IMG/VR virus record: IMGVR_UViG_3300049164_000050
Coordinates: 1 to 29,161 of that record
Origin: a virus
Lineage: Duplodnaviria > Caudoviricetes
DNA: 29,161 nucleotides
Reading direction: 5' to 3' (one strand)
Shown here: in pieces, positions 17,101 through 24,760 of the stretch
Layout of the letters: every line of letters begins with the position of its first letter
Position numbering within the stretch: the stretch's first letter is position 1
Notes under the pieces: model-generated
Seen by the model: the letters and a program-made list of their open reading frames with translations, nothing else
Database searches by the model: none
What the model was told of the DNA's origin: nothing
Translations under genes and position numbers: made by a program

Positions 17101-18410
17101 GCCAGGATCGCGCCCCGGTAGACCGCGAACACGGCGGTGACGAGGCCCGTGGCAATGGCCTGCGCATTCAGCGCGATGGTCAGGCCTCCCACGAGCAGGG
17201 CGGCGGGGACCAGCCACGCGCCCCACTCCTGGAACCAGCGGCCCACCGCGCCGGCAGCTTCACCCACCCACGTCAGTGCATCGTCCAGGTTCCGCAGAGC
17301 CGGAAGCACCACCGCACTGACGACGTCACCCACCGCGCCCATCAGTTGCCGCTGCAGCACCTTCAGCTCGGTGGCGGTGTTGCCGCGGATGGTGTCGCCG
17401 ACCTTCTTCGCCGCCCCGCCCACCTTGCCCAGGTCGTCGGCGGCCTTCGACGGATCCATGGCGAGAAGACTCGCCCCAAGATCCTCGGCCTGGGTGCCGA
17501 ATAGCTGGACGGCGATCTGGCTCTGCTTGACCGGGTCCTTGACGTTGCGCAGCTTGTCGAGGGTCAAGTCCAGGACGCCGTTGGCCGTCTTGCCGCCCTT
17601 GGCGAACTTGGCTGCCATGCTGTCGGCGTTCAGGCCGAGGGCCTTAAACCCGTCGACGGTGGACTCCGAGCCGTCGACGGCCCTGATCGAGAATTCCTTG
17701 ATGGCGTCCGCGGCCACGTCCGAGTCGCGCGCCCCCGCGCGGATCGCCTGGTTGAGAAGTCCGACAGCGGTTGCGCCGTCCAGGCCCGCCTTGCGGAACT
17801 GAGTGCTGTACTCGTTGACGGTGTCCATGAAGTCGCCCGCCTTGTCGGCGGACGACTGCAGGCCCTTGGTCAGCAGATCCAGGGCGGCCGGGGCATCCTT
17901 CGCCAGTCCGGTACGGATCAGCTGCGTGGCCGCGTTGGTAGTGCCCACCAAATCCTGGTCGAACGTGGAGGCCAGGTCGGCGACCTTCGTGGTGATCGAC
18001 TCGATCGACTTGGTGGTGGCCTTCTCATCGATCAGACCCGACCCCATGACGGCCCGCACCGCGGCGGCGCCATCCTCGAAGGAGTCGACGACCGCCGTCG
18101 AGTACAGATCACCGGCCACCTTCCCGGCCTGCTTGGCGCCCTTCCCCGACAGGCCGAGCTGAGCGGACAGGCGGTCACCCATCCGCTCCTTCTCCACCGC
18201 CGAGACCGTGGACGCAACGAGGATCGCGCCCGCCGCGGCGCCAGCCGCCGCGAGCCCGACCTTCCACGCATCCGCGAAGCGGCGGCCCGTCTGCTGGCCC
18301 GCCTGGTCGCCCGCATCCCCGGCCGGGCCGGTCAACTGGCGGCGGATCTCGTCCGAGATGCCCCGGACACTGGGGATGATCTGGATCGTTGCGTATCCGA
18401 CGGAAGGCAT
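14133..18410 (-). CDS. Tape measure protein with embedded NlpC/P60 domain
   Basis: 1425 aa, Ala/Gly-rich; VGYATIQIIPS start; Trp/Phe 11-residue periodic region; GKPYIWGG...YDCSGF...GHTAG. GGAGG RBS supports ATG 18410. Confidence 0.95.
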   Translation of the reverse strand: MPSVGYATIQIIPSVRGISDEIRRQLTGPAGDAGDQAGQQTGRRFADAWKVGLAAAGAAAGAILVASTVSAVEKERMGDRLSAQLGLSGKGAKQAGKVAGDLYSTAVVDSFEDGAAAVRAVMGSGLIDEKATTKSIESITTKVADLASTFDQDLVGTTNAATQLIRTGLAKDAPAALDLLTKGLQSSADKAGDFMDTVNEYSTQFRKAGLDGATAVGLLNQAIRAGARDSDVAADAIKEFSIRAVDGSESTVDGFKALGLNADSMAAKFAKGGKTANGVLDLTLDKLRNVKDPVKQSQIAVQLFGTQAEDLGASLLAMDPSKAADDLGKVGGAAKKVGDTIRGNTATELKVLQRQLMGAVGDVVSAVVLPALRNLDDALTWVGEAAGAVGRWFQEWGAWLVPAALLVGGLTIALNAQAIATGLVTAVFAVYRGAILAGTAVTQGFAAAQALLNSIMALNPITLIVIALVALGAALFLAWKKSETFRAVVMAAWQGIQAAALYVWNSVLKPTFEGIKVALSAVGAAFTWLWNTVIKPVFGFISTAARILLTILTIVVFGPIYLAVKLLGAVFSWLWKNAISPVIGSIKAGLQLLWAGVKVVFGYFMAGLRVVGGWFKWLYSNAVKPVIGWIKSGLQILWTGVKVTFGYLMAGLKAVGGVFKWLWNNGVKPAFAGIRAVISTVWESGIRPVFDRIKAATGRVAAAFDVARKGIKLAWDKVKGIAKTPVKFIIDTVYNGGIVKVWNKVADVFGAPTLDPIKGFATGGVLPGYTPGRDVHLAALSGGEAVMRPEWTRAVGPGYVNLMNSAARSGGVAGVQRALGLPAFADGGIFGWVKSAASKGIDLAKSGADWLKDGIKASALAGMNGIVKPLINKIAGSASVYKDMVTGIPKKMLSAIFDFSGKADKKMEALGIGGKGFKSALNFARSQAGKPYIWGGVGPKGYDCSGFMSAIENIIRGLKPYSRRWATGAFSGATAPSGWVRGARSPFMVGITNSGVGHTAGTLNGTNVESRGGDGVVVGAGARGYNDSLFTDWYGLKGYSKGTRGATSGWAWVGELGPELVRFGGGEEVLNHRDSLKFASTMGALPGYAKGTSSAKLRTAARKQVPGDLTAVTKSLTGSAADIKKAFDELTKDLKAAGGAGKALATSSSKASAKLQSLAKQRDSVDARLEAARSAATDQAKTAADFMGLSNESSAGSVADLIMGMQQRQSTVKAFQGTIAGLSKRGLNRDLISQLVAMGPDSTLATLVASANKDQLAQLNKLAKSGAALSTGYGRTMADAMYDAGKNASKGFLTGLVSQEKELQAAMNKLAGGLVSSIKKKLKIKSPSRVTQWLGEMTGAGVGVGLDNTASKVAAAAARVADAAVPGMEPAASTGAGFAASGGALPRKVRLVVRDREFDAFLEEVADGRVDVAMTALRRTVKARG
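16431..16694 (-). repeat. Tandem 44-aa (132-bp) repeat inside the TMP
   Basis: WLWKNAISPVIGSIKAGLQLLWAGVKVVFGYFMAGLRVVGGWFK and WLYSNAVKPVIGWIKSGLQILWTGVKVTFGYLMAGLKAVGGVFK. Confidence 0.8.
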
Positions 18411-18422
18411 GCGCACCTCCCG

Positions 18423-18880
18423 TCAGGTGATCTCTCCGGATGCCAGGGCCCGCTTGCGTTCCGCCGCCCGGCGCAGCGCCCGCTGCCGGGCCTCCTGCCG
18501 CTCCGGGCTGGACTTGTCCGTCCGCTTCACCTTGCCGCCCACGCCAGGGCGGGGAAACGGCTTCGGGGCGGGCTTCTGCTTTCCCTTCGGGACGCCTTCC
18601 TGCGAGCGCTGCCAGTTCGCCGCGCGCAGTTCGTCGATGACGACGGCGGTGAGGTGTTCTTGCAGGCCCCAGATGCTCTCGTCGTCGCCCAGGGCGAGCC
18701 GGGTGCGGGCGTCCGGGGGTAGCTGGCGGATGTAGCCGCCGAGCTCCCGCCACGTCAACAGACGCCGCCCCTGGACGTCTCGCGCGAACAGGTCGGACAG
18801 GCGGATGCCGTAGTGGTGGCGCAGGTCGGCTTGGACTGCCTCGCCGTGCTCCCTCAGGAGTCGGACGAGGCTTCGGATTC
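18423..18880 (-). CDS. Tail assembly chaperone, -1 frame extension (gpGT-like)
   Basis: The -1 frame is open from the slippery site: GIRSLVRLLREHGEAVQADLRHHYGIRLSDLF...LTWRELGGYIRQLP... to the stop at 18423. Confidence 0.88.
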
Positions 18881-19207
18881 CCCCTCGCCCACACCGCAGT
18901 GCTGCTTGTAGGCGTCAAAGAGGGCCTTCAGCTTGTACTGCGGCAGGCGGATCTTGCGGAACTCGGCCCAGTCCTTCTCGCCGAGCGCGGCCTTGAACAC
19001 TCCGACCGTGGCGGCGATGTCTCCGCCCTCGGCGGCTTCGATCAGACCCCACACGTCGAGGTCTTCCATGTGGGCGAACTCCCACCGGCGGCCCTTCCAG
19101 TTCACCCGCCACGGGGTGAGGTCGACCTCGGCCTGCACGGCGTCAAGGTTGAAGTCGAAAGGCCGGTCGTCGGAGGCCTGGCTCTTGGTCGCGGTTCGGG
19201 TGGTCAT
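18854..19207 (-). CDS. Tail assembly chaperone (gpG-like, 117 aa)
   Basis: GAGG RBS, ATGA overlap; lies before the TMP and carries the slippery sequence. Confidence 0.88.
   Translation of the reverse strand: MTTRTATKSQASDDRPFDFNLDAVQAEVDLTPWRVNWKGRRWEFAHMEDLDVWGLIEAAEGGDIAATVGVFKAALGEKDWAEFRKIRLPQYKLKALFDAYKQHCGVGEGESEASSDS
18878..18884 (-). other. Programmed -1 ribosomal frameshift site G GGG GAA
   Basis: mRNA GAG GGG GAA near the end of the chaperone gene; frame arithmetic joins it to the downstream ORF; conserved lambda G/GT-type arrangement. Confidence 0.85.
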
Positions 19208-19554
19208 CGCGGTTCCTCTCGCGGTTCGGGCTTGATGATCTGGACGGCTTCGGCGATCAGCGTCAGGCGGACGGTGCTCAGACCGTCGGGGTTGAGTGCG
19301 ATCTCCATGGGCTGCTTGGCCACCAGCCACGGGAAGGGTTCGCCGTCTACGAGGATGGCGCCGCCCGGCTGGACGACGATCTCTTTCGCCACCTGCGGCT
19401 CCGGCTGCGCGCCGGGGTCTGATGCAGCCTGCTCCTGCAGGAGCGCGGCCACGACGCGACCGCGCATCTGGCGCGGGAGTTCCTCGCCGTCCGGGATGAG
19501 GCCGAGCTGCACCGCCTTGGCGGTGATGTCGGCGTCGGTGTACTTGATGTGCAT
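19204..19554 (-). CDS. Hypothetical protein between major tail and chaperone genes (116 aa)
   Basis: GGAAGGA RBS, good codon bias, ILVDGEPFPWLV motif. Confidence 0.8.
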   Translation of the reverse strand: MHIKYTDADITAKAVQLGLIPDGEELPRQMRGRVVAALLQEQAASDPGAQPEPQVAKEIVVQPGGAILVDGEPFPWLVAKQPMEIALNPDGLSTVRLTLIAEAVQIIKPEPREEPR

Positions 19555-19588
19555 GTCGCGGTTCCTTCCGCAGGTTGCGGGATGGGCA

Positions 19589-19630
19589 CCGGGGGCGCGG
19601 CCGAACCGCGACGAACTACCGCGCCCCCGG
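19589..19630 (-). promoter_or_regulatory. 12-bp hairpin with 18-nt loop directly after the MTP stop
   Basis: CCGGGGGCGCGG (19589-19600) / CCGCGCCCCCGG (19619-19630); no U-tract; the loop is antisense to the repeated motif. Confidence 0.85.
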
Positions 19631-19633
19631 CGA

Positions 19634-20404
19634 TTAGGCGGTCACCGTGACGGCGCAGGTGTCGGACTGACCCTCGTAGGTGGCGGTGACCGTCGCCGAC
19701 CCGGGGTCGACGGCGGTGACGAAGCCGGCCGAGACGGTGGCGTCGGCGGGCGCGGAGGACGCCCAGTTCGCCTGCGCCGTAACGTCGGCGGTTGTGGCGT
19801 CGTCGTAGGTGGCGGTCGCGGTCAGCGCGCCGATGTCGCCGTCCGCCAGGGTCAGCGTCGACGGGGTCACCGACAGGCTCGTCAGGGTCGGGGTGGTCTG
19901 CCGGTTGAACAGGACACCCGCGCCAGTGGGGTAGATGGTGGCGGCGAACGTCATGGACTCAAGGTCCGCTTCGTTCTCCCCGTGGTCGCCGTCGAGGGAC
20001 ACCTCGGCGTAGTTCGCGGAGATCAGGCGGCGGACTTTGTCGCCCTCACGGGTTTCGAACGCGACCAGCACTTTCGCCGGACGGGGTACGACGATCTGCG
20101 TCGCCGACGATCCAGGCCACAGCAGGCTGTAGGTGGTGGCGTTGTCCTCCAGCGCGGTGAAGCTCTTGGTGAGCTTGAAGTGGTTGCGGGAGGTGCGGAC
20201 GAGGATGCCGCCCCAGGCGAACTTGTCGTCGGTGTCCTCGTCGCGGGACTCGGGGAATCCCTCGTCGCCGTCGAGGAGACCGACCAGATCCCAGTCGGGA
20301 CCGAAGGGGGTGCCCGCGTTTGCGGGCAGGGTCGCGGACAAGTTGGTGGAGATGTAGACGTCCGCGTCCGTCCACAGATTTGCCTTCAGCGGGTCGCCGG
20401 CCAC
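19634..20404 (-). CDS. Major tail protein with C-terminal Ig-like (Big_2-type) domain
   Basis: GAGGAGG RBS, GTG 20404; WDLVGLLDGDEGF...KFAWGG tail-tube motifs; C-terminal LTSLSVTPSTLTL...WASSAPADATVSAGFVTAVDPGSATVTATY. Confidence 0.92.
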   Translation of the reverse strand: MAGDPLKANLWTDADVYISTNLSATLPANAGTPFGPDWDLVGLLDGDEGFPESRDEDTDDKFAWGGILVRTSRNHFKLTKSFTALEDNATTYSLLWPGSSATQIVVPRPAKVLVAFETREGDKVRRLISANYAEVSLDGDHGENEADLESMTFAATIYPTGAGVLFNRQTTPTLTSLSVTPSTLTLADGDIGALTATATYDDATTADVTAQANWASSAPADATVSAGFVTAVDPGSATVTATYEGQSDTCAVTVTA

Positions 20405-20458
20405 GGCGTCCTCCTCATCTCGGTACAGGGGGTAGTCGTCGCGGTTCAACAGCAGCGG

Positions 20459-20884
20459 TTACGCCGTGAGCGGCTGCGGTTTCACATTGGCGATCGCCGT
20501 GAAAGTCGACAGATCGACGCCGGACTCGTCATCTGTGGCGGGCAGCGGCCCCGTCCCTGGACGGAAGCCGCGAATGATCGGACCCGAGTGCACCAGCCAC
20601 AGGCCCTGGCACAGCATGGCCAAGTCGTGCGCTTGGTCGGCATCGTGGTGCCAGACGGTGCAGCGCAGCGTACAGCGGGCGTTGGCCATGGACGGATGAG
20701 GCAGGTCGGAGTCCTTGCGGACCAGAACGAACGGCAGCTGTGGATCCTCAGGCGAGCGGATCGTGGGCACCCTCGTGCCGACGGTGACCTCGGCCGCGAA
20801 CGGCTCCGGCCGCCCAGCCAGAGCCGTCCGCAGCACCCCCGCACCCGCGGCCTGTACGTCCCCGAACACCACCAGCGGCTTCAC
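20459..20884 (-). CDS. Tail terminator-like protein
   Basis: Immediately before the MTP; GTGA overlap with the upstream gene (alternative start 20893). Confidence 0.75.
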   Translation of the reverse strand: MKPLVVFGDVQAAGAGVLRTALAGRPEPFAAEVTVGTRVPTIRSPEDPQLPFVLVRKDSDLPHPSMANARCTLRCTVWHHDADQAHDLAMLCQGLWLVHSGPIIRGFRPGTGPLPATDDESGVDLSTFTAIANVKPQPLTA

Positions 20885-21162
20885 CGCTGCCACGCCTTCA
20901 CCTCAAGGCTGGCAAAGCCGGCGGCGCGGGTCAGGATCCCGTCCCGGGCCTGCCAGGCCATGGCCTGCACGTCCGCCACGACCACCGTCGCGGCGCCGCG
21001 GTCCGTGGTGTAGCCGCGCACCTCGACCGTCGTGCCCGCCGGAACCAGAGCGCGGACGTTGCCTGCGACTTCGTCGGCGATGCCGTCGATGAGGTCGCGC
21101 ACTTCCGAACCGCGGAGGATCTCCCGCACTCCGGCCGTGTCGAGCTCGAACTTCTCCAGCAC
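20881..21162 (-). CDS. Neck protein (HK97 gp10-like position)
   Basis: Synteny; GVREILRGSEV...TDRG...QARDGILTRA motif; GGAGG RBS. Confidence 0.7.
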   Translation of the reverse strand: MLEKFELDTAGVREILRGSEVRDLIDGIADEVAGNVRALVPAGTTVEVRGYTTDRGAATVVVADVQAMAWQARDGILTRAAGFASLEVKAWQR

Positions 21163-21171
21163 GGCGGCCTC

Positions 21172-21519
21172 CTATCCGGTGGCGCGCACCATGACGAACT
21201 CGATGTGGTGGACGCCGTCGGTGAACAGCTCGGGCCAGACGGCCACTTCCCCGTTCACCTCGTAGAGCTGGCCGCGCCAGTCGATGCGGTCGGTGGCCTT
21301 GATGTCGGGGCTGGTGCCCTCGGCGGACTGCACCCGGTAGCCGGTGATGACCGCGTCGCGCTGCTCGTCGGCGTCCTCGGTCTGGTTGTTGGGCTGGATG
21401 TTCAGGCCGGTCACGGTCAACCGGCTGACCGCGGCGGGCGACCAGTCCGGGACCTTGTTGCCGCCCCGGTCGGTCTTCTCGCCCGCGCGTACACGTACCG
21501 CACTCTGGTTGAACATCAC
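21172..21519 (-). CDS. Head-to-tail stopper (SPP1 gp16-like)
   Basis: DIKATDRIDWRGQLYEVNGE...HHIEF pattern; synteny. Confidence 0.8.
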   Translation of the reverse strand: MMFNQSAVRVRAGEKTDRGGNKVPDWSPAAVSRLTVTGLNIQPNNQTEDADEQRDAVITGYRVQSAEGTSPDIKATDRIDWRGQLYEVNGEVAVWPELFTDGVHHIEFVMVRATG

Positions 21520-22061
21520 GGCCGGTCACCCCGGTTGAGCTGGTAGCGCTCCACTGCGGCCGTCCACTGTGCGGTCACACCTATCGCCGCCTGCGTGCCG
21601 AACGTCACCGACTGCCCGCCGACCGTCTTGGTCTGCACGCCCGGTTCGATACGGAACAGAGCACGCGCCTGGTCGATGACGACCTCCTGGATGTCCTCCG
21701 GCACGACCGTGAAGCCGTGGTCGTAGGAGCCGCGGATGCAGCGCAGCCGGTCCGGCCAGCAGGCGGTCAGGCGACGCAGGAACCCGTCCGCGGACCAGTC
21801 GAAGTCGGCCCCTTCCACCAGGACCGCGCCGTCCAGGGTGACCGAGGTGACGGCCAGGACCGGGGCGGCCGGCAGCAGCACCGACTCGCTGCCGTTGCCA
21901 TCCAGGGTGAAGGCGTCGCCAGCAACCAGCGACACCGGGTGCCGCACGGCCCCGCGGAACCGGCGGGAGGCCGCATTCAGTGCCCACAGCAGCTTTGCGT
22001 TGTCTGCCGCGACCCCGAGCGATGCGGCCAGTTCTGCCGGGTCGGCCAGAGGCTCAGCCAT
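21516..22061 (-). CDS. Head-to-tail adaptor
   Basis: LADPAELA...ALNAASRRFR...YDHGF..VPEDI...TVGGQSVTF pattern; synteny. Confidence 0.8.
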   Translation of the reverse strand: MAEPLADPAELAASLGVAADNAKLLWALNAASRRFRGAVRHPVSLVAGDAFTLDGNGSESVLLPAAPVLAVTSVTLDGAVLVEGADFDWSADGFLRRLTACWPDRLRCIRGSYDHGFTVVPEDIQEVVIDQARALFRIEPGVQTKTVGGQSVTFGTQAAIGVTAQWTAAVERYQLNRGDRP

Positions 22062-22398
22062 CGCCCTTGTCGGACGATGCGGTGCGGGCCTTGTTGCGCG
22101 TGGTTCGGGACTTCGACGGCGTCTCGGCCTCGGCCGGCTTGTCCGCGGCCTCCGTCTCGCTCTCCTGCTCAGGTGCGTCGAGGACGCCGAGCCGCTTGGC
22201 GTCGTCCTCGTTCAGCTTCATCGTGGTCACGGCGCCGGACGGCGTGGTGACCTCGTACTTCTTCAGCGGTCCGCCCACGGCGGCCACCTCCATTCGTTCG
22301 TCGACGGGGATGGAGTCCGAGGCCGTGCCGCATGCGGCGTGAGCGGCGCCGCACATCGGGCAGCGGCCCCGGATCGTCCGTGAGTTGACCAGCGTCAC
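22054..22398 (-). CDS. Hypothetical head-region protein (possible internal start at 22278)
   Basis: GTGA overlap at 22398; N-terminal CPMCGAAHAAC; internal GGAGG plus GTG; low-complexity tail ending RNKAR. Confidence 0.7.
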   Translation of the reverse strand: MTLVNSRTIRGRCPMCGAAHAACGTASDSIPVDERMEVAAVGGPLKKYEVTTPSGAVTTMKLNEDDAKRLGVLDAPEQESETEAADKPAEAETPSKSRTTRNKARTASSDKGDG

Positions 22399-22607
22399 GG
22401 CGCGAGCAGGCCAGCAGTCCGAAGCGCCGCGAGCAGTCCGTTCACCTTGGTTCGCAGCGCCAGGTAGTCCGCGCGCAGCGCGTCGTACTCGGCCTTGGTC
22501 GGGGTGGCGCCGGCCGCGACGACCGATGTGGCCGCAGCCGCATCGGCGACCGCCGCTGCCTGCTTGCCCTCACGGGCCGCGCCCGCGCCCGGGTTGAGGT
22601 ACGCCAT
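22395..22607 (-). CDS. Head fibre / decoration-like small protein
   Basis: Follows the MCP with GAGGAGG RBS; QAAAVAD...KVNGLLAALRTAGLL signature. Confidence 0.7.
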   Translation of the reverse strand: MAYLNPGAGAAREGKQAAAVADAAAATSVVAAGATPTKAEYDALRADYLALRTKVNGLLAALRTAGLLAP

Positions 22608-22617
22608 GTCAGCCTCC

Positions 22618-23910
22618 TCAGGCGGTCAGGTCGATCTCGACGAAGGCGTTCGGCTGGATGACCCCGAAGGCGGCACGCATCTCCGCGAGGATCGCGACCA
22701 TGTTGCGGATGAAGAAGTTCGCGTGGCTGTCGCTGATCGTGATGCTGGCCTGCTCGCGGTCCCACAGCACCGCCTTGCGGAAGTCACCGACGTAGCCGGT
22801 GCCAGCCGGGACGGCCTCGGTCTCGATGACCGGCAGGCCCCACAGGGTGCCGGCGGTGCCGAGCCCGGACGGGCCGCCGAAGTAGAACCGCGCTTCGTTG
22901 TCCTGCAGGAGGTCGATGGCCTCCAGATCGGAGGGGTTGAACAGGTAGGCGTTCGGCGTGGAGCGGCCGACGAGCCGGACCTTGGTGCGGGCCTTGCGGG
23001 TCGTGGTGAGCAGGTTCGTGTCCCACGCCTGCGCCTGCACGCCGGAGACGTTGGACAGGCCTTCGAGGTTCTCGCCGGTGCCGTCGCCGGACACCATCTG
23101 GTCTTCGAGCTCCTCCTCCAGGCCGTAGCGGAGGAAGGCGTCGATGATGCTGCGGACCTGCGCGGCGTCCGACAGGGCCCGCTTGGTGAGCGGGATCCAG
23201 TGCGCGATCGTCCGCACTGGCGTCGTCACCTTCGCCCAGGCGAGCGCGCTCTCGGGCTTCACGCCGTTCGCCGCGTTCATCGTGCCCGGGTCGGCGGTCG
23301 TGGTCGACTCCGGCACGGGTGCGGCGTTGTTCGTCTGCGACGTCATCCGGACGTACTCGATGGTGTCGGACGTGGTGGTCAGGTTCGTGACCACGTCCCG
23401 CAGCCGCAGCGGACGCTGGAACGCCAGCTGCCCGACCTGCAGGCCCATCATCTGGTTGGTAACGAACGCCCCGCCGGAAGTGTCCGAGCCGCCGGTGACC
23501 AGCGCCTTGTAGCCGACCGGCCGGGACTGCACCCGGTGGTCCTTGCCGAACACGCCGTTCGGCGCCGACTGCATGAGCGCCTGGTACTCGCCCGACGTCA
23601 CGAATGACTCGCCCAGCGACGCCTTCGCCTCGGGCACGATCAGCCCGGACGGGGTACGGCGTTCGCCGCCGGACTTCTCGTCCAGCTCGACGCCCTCACC
23701 CAGGTCCGCCAGCGCCTGCCGCATCGTCGCGGACGCCTTGGCCCGCTCCAGGCCGGCCTTCGCCTCCTGCGCCTGGTCCATGTGCTGCTTGACCTGAGCG
23801 CGCTCGTCGTCGGTGAAGTCGCGGCCCTCATCCTCGGCCTTCGCCGCGATCGTCTGGGCCTGCATCAGGTGGTGCTTGAGCTGATCCTTCAGCTCATCGG
23901 TCTTGTTCAC
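22618..23910 (-). CDS. Major capsid protein, HK97 family, with N-terminal coiled-coil (delta) domain
   Basis: 430 aa; VKPES, IAHWIPLTKRALSD, GDGTGENLEG, LWGLPV, GDF and FIRNMVAILAEMR motifs. Confidence 0.96.
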   Translation of the reverse strand: MNKTDELKDQLKHHLMQAQTIAAKAEDEGRDFTDDERAQVKQHMDQAQEAKAGLERAKASATMRQALADLGEGVELDEKSGGERRTPSGLIVPEAKASLGESFVTSGEYQALMQSAPNGVFGKDHRVQSRPVGYKALVTGGSDTSGGAFVTNQMMGLQVGQLAFQRPLRLRDVVTNLTTTSDTIEYVRMTSQTNNAAPVPESTTTADPGTMNAANGVKPESALAWAKVTTPVRTIAHWIPLTKRALSDAAQVRSIIDAFLRYGLEEELEDQMVSGDGTGENLEGLSNVSGVQAQAWDTNLLTTTRKARTKVRLVGRSTPNAYLFNPSDLEAIDLLQDNEARFYFGGPSGLGTAGTLWGLPVIETEAVPAGTGYVGDFRKAVLWDREQASITISDSHANFFIRNMVAILAEMRAAFGVIQPNAFVEIDLTA

Positions 23911-23918
23911 GGCTCTCC

Positions 23919-24758
23919 TCAGTCCGTAAGCGTGGAGACCTCAGCGCCCAGGGCGTCGAGGTCAGCGAGCAGACGGAGCGAGGCGGGGCTCGGGCCGGCC
24001 GGAGCTTCCTTGGCCGCGGGCTTGCGCGGCGAGGGCGTCTCGGGCGGGTTCGGCGTGGCCTTCTCTTCGTCATCCGTGCTGGAAGACAGGGAGTCCAGCA
24101 GCTCCTTGGCGAGGCGCCCGATCTCCCGGACCCTCTCCTCGTTCTTCGCCGACAGCGTCCTGCCGGCCTTCGCCGCCACGGCCCCCGTCAGGGCCTGGCG
24201 AAGCTCCTCGGTCTGCGCGGCGGAAGCGCCTTCGACCGCGATGCGCATGGTGGCGCCGTCGGCGGACTTCACGTCAAGCAGCTCGGTCGCCTGGTTGGCG
24301 CCGATCAGGGTGGGGCCGACCTCGTAGAGCTTGAGCTTGCGCAGCTCGTAGAAGCCCTCGCCGTCCTTCTGGTCCACCCACGCGCCCTCCTCGACGTCGT
24401 AGGCGAAGCTGAACTGAGTGACGCGGCGACCCTTCAGCAGCTTGTACACCTGGGCGGCTTTCGAGCCGGGCTCGGTGTCGATGCGGGCCTTCACCCACAA
24501 CCCTTCGGGCCGCTCCTCCGCCTCCAGCACCTCGCCGATGTGGTACTCGGGATCGTGCGACATGTGCGACCACAGCACCGGGATCGGGTCGCCGCGGCCC
24601 TTCCAGTCGGCAAGAGTGTCCGCAAACGCCCCCGGCGTGATCTTGTCGCCGACCGAATCCAGGTTGTACGCGGCGACGATCGCCTCGAAAGTCCCCTCGT
24701 CGGTCCCCTCGTGCTCCCCCGCCGCCTTGATGCGCACGGGGCATGACTTGATTCGCAT
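23919..24758 (-). CDS. Prohead maturation protease, HK97 family
   Basis: DSVGDKITPGAF, VLWSH, GLWVKA, FSFAY and LYEVGPTLIGANQAT motifs; C-terminal KAGRTLSAKNEER extension. Start ATG 24758. Confidence 0.93.
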   Translation of the reverse strand: MRIKSCPVRIKAAGEHEGTDEGTFEAIVAAYNLDSVGDKITPGAFADTLADWKGRGDPIPVLWSHMSHDPEYHIGEVLEAEERPEGLWVKARIDTEPGSKAAQVYKLLKGRRVTQFSFAYDVEEGAWVDQKDGEGFYELRKLKLYEVGPTLIGANQATELLDVKSADGATMRIAVEGASAAQTEELRQALTGAVAAKAGRTLSAKNEERVREIGRLAKELLDSLSSSTDDEEKATPNPPETPSPRKPAAKEAPAGPSPASLRLLADLDALGAEVSTLTD

Positions 24759-24760
24759 CG

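Larger units (their letters stand above)
19188..20447 (-). repeat. GAACCGCGA motif family: five sense copies and one antisense copy
   Basis: TCGCGGTTC on + at 19189, 19207, 19219, 19556 and 20439; GAACCGCGA on + at 19603. Confidence 0.9.

Noticed and set aside
19603-20447. The inverted repeat flanking the MTP gene as DNA inversion sites for the recombinase
   Set aside because: The sites lack dyad symmetry and do not resemble the TGTCG half-sites next to the recombinase. Placement in a hairpin loop and at RBSs fits an RNA-level role better.
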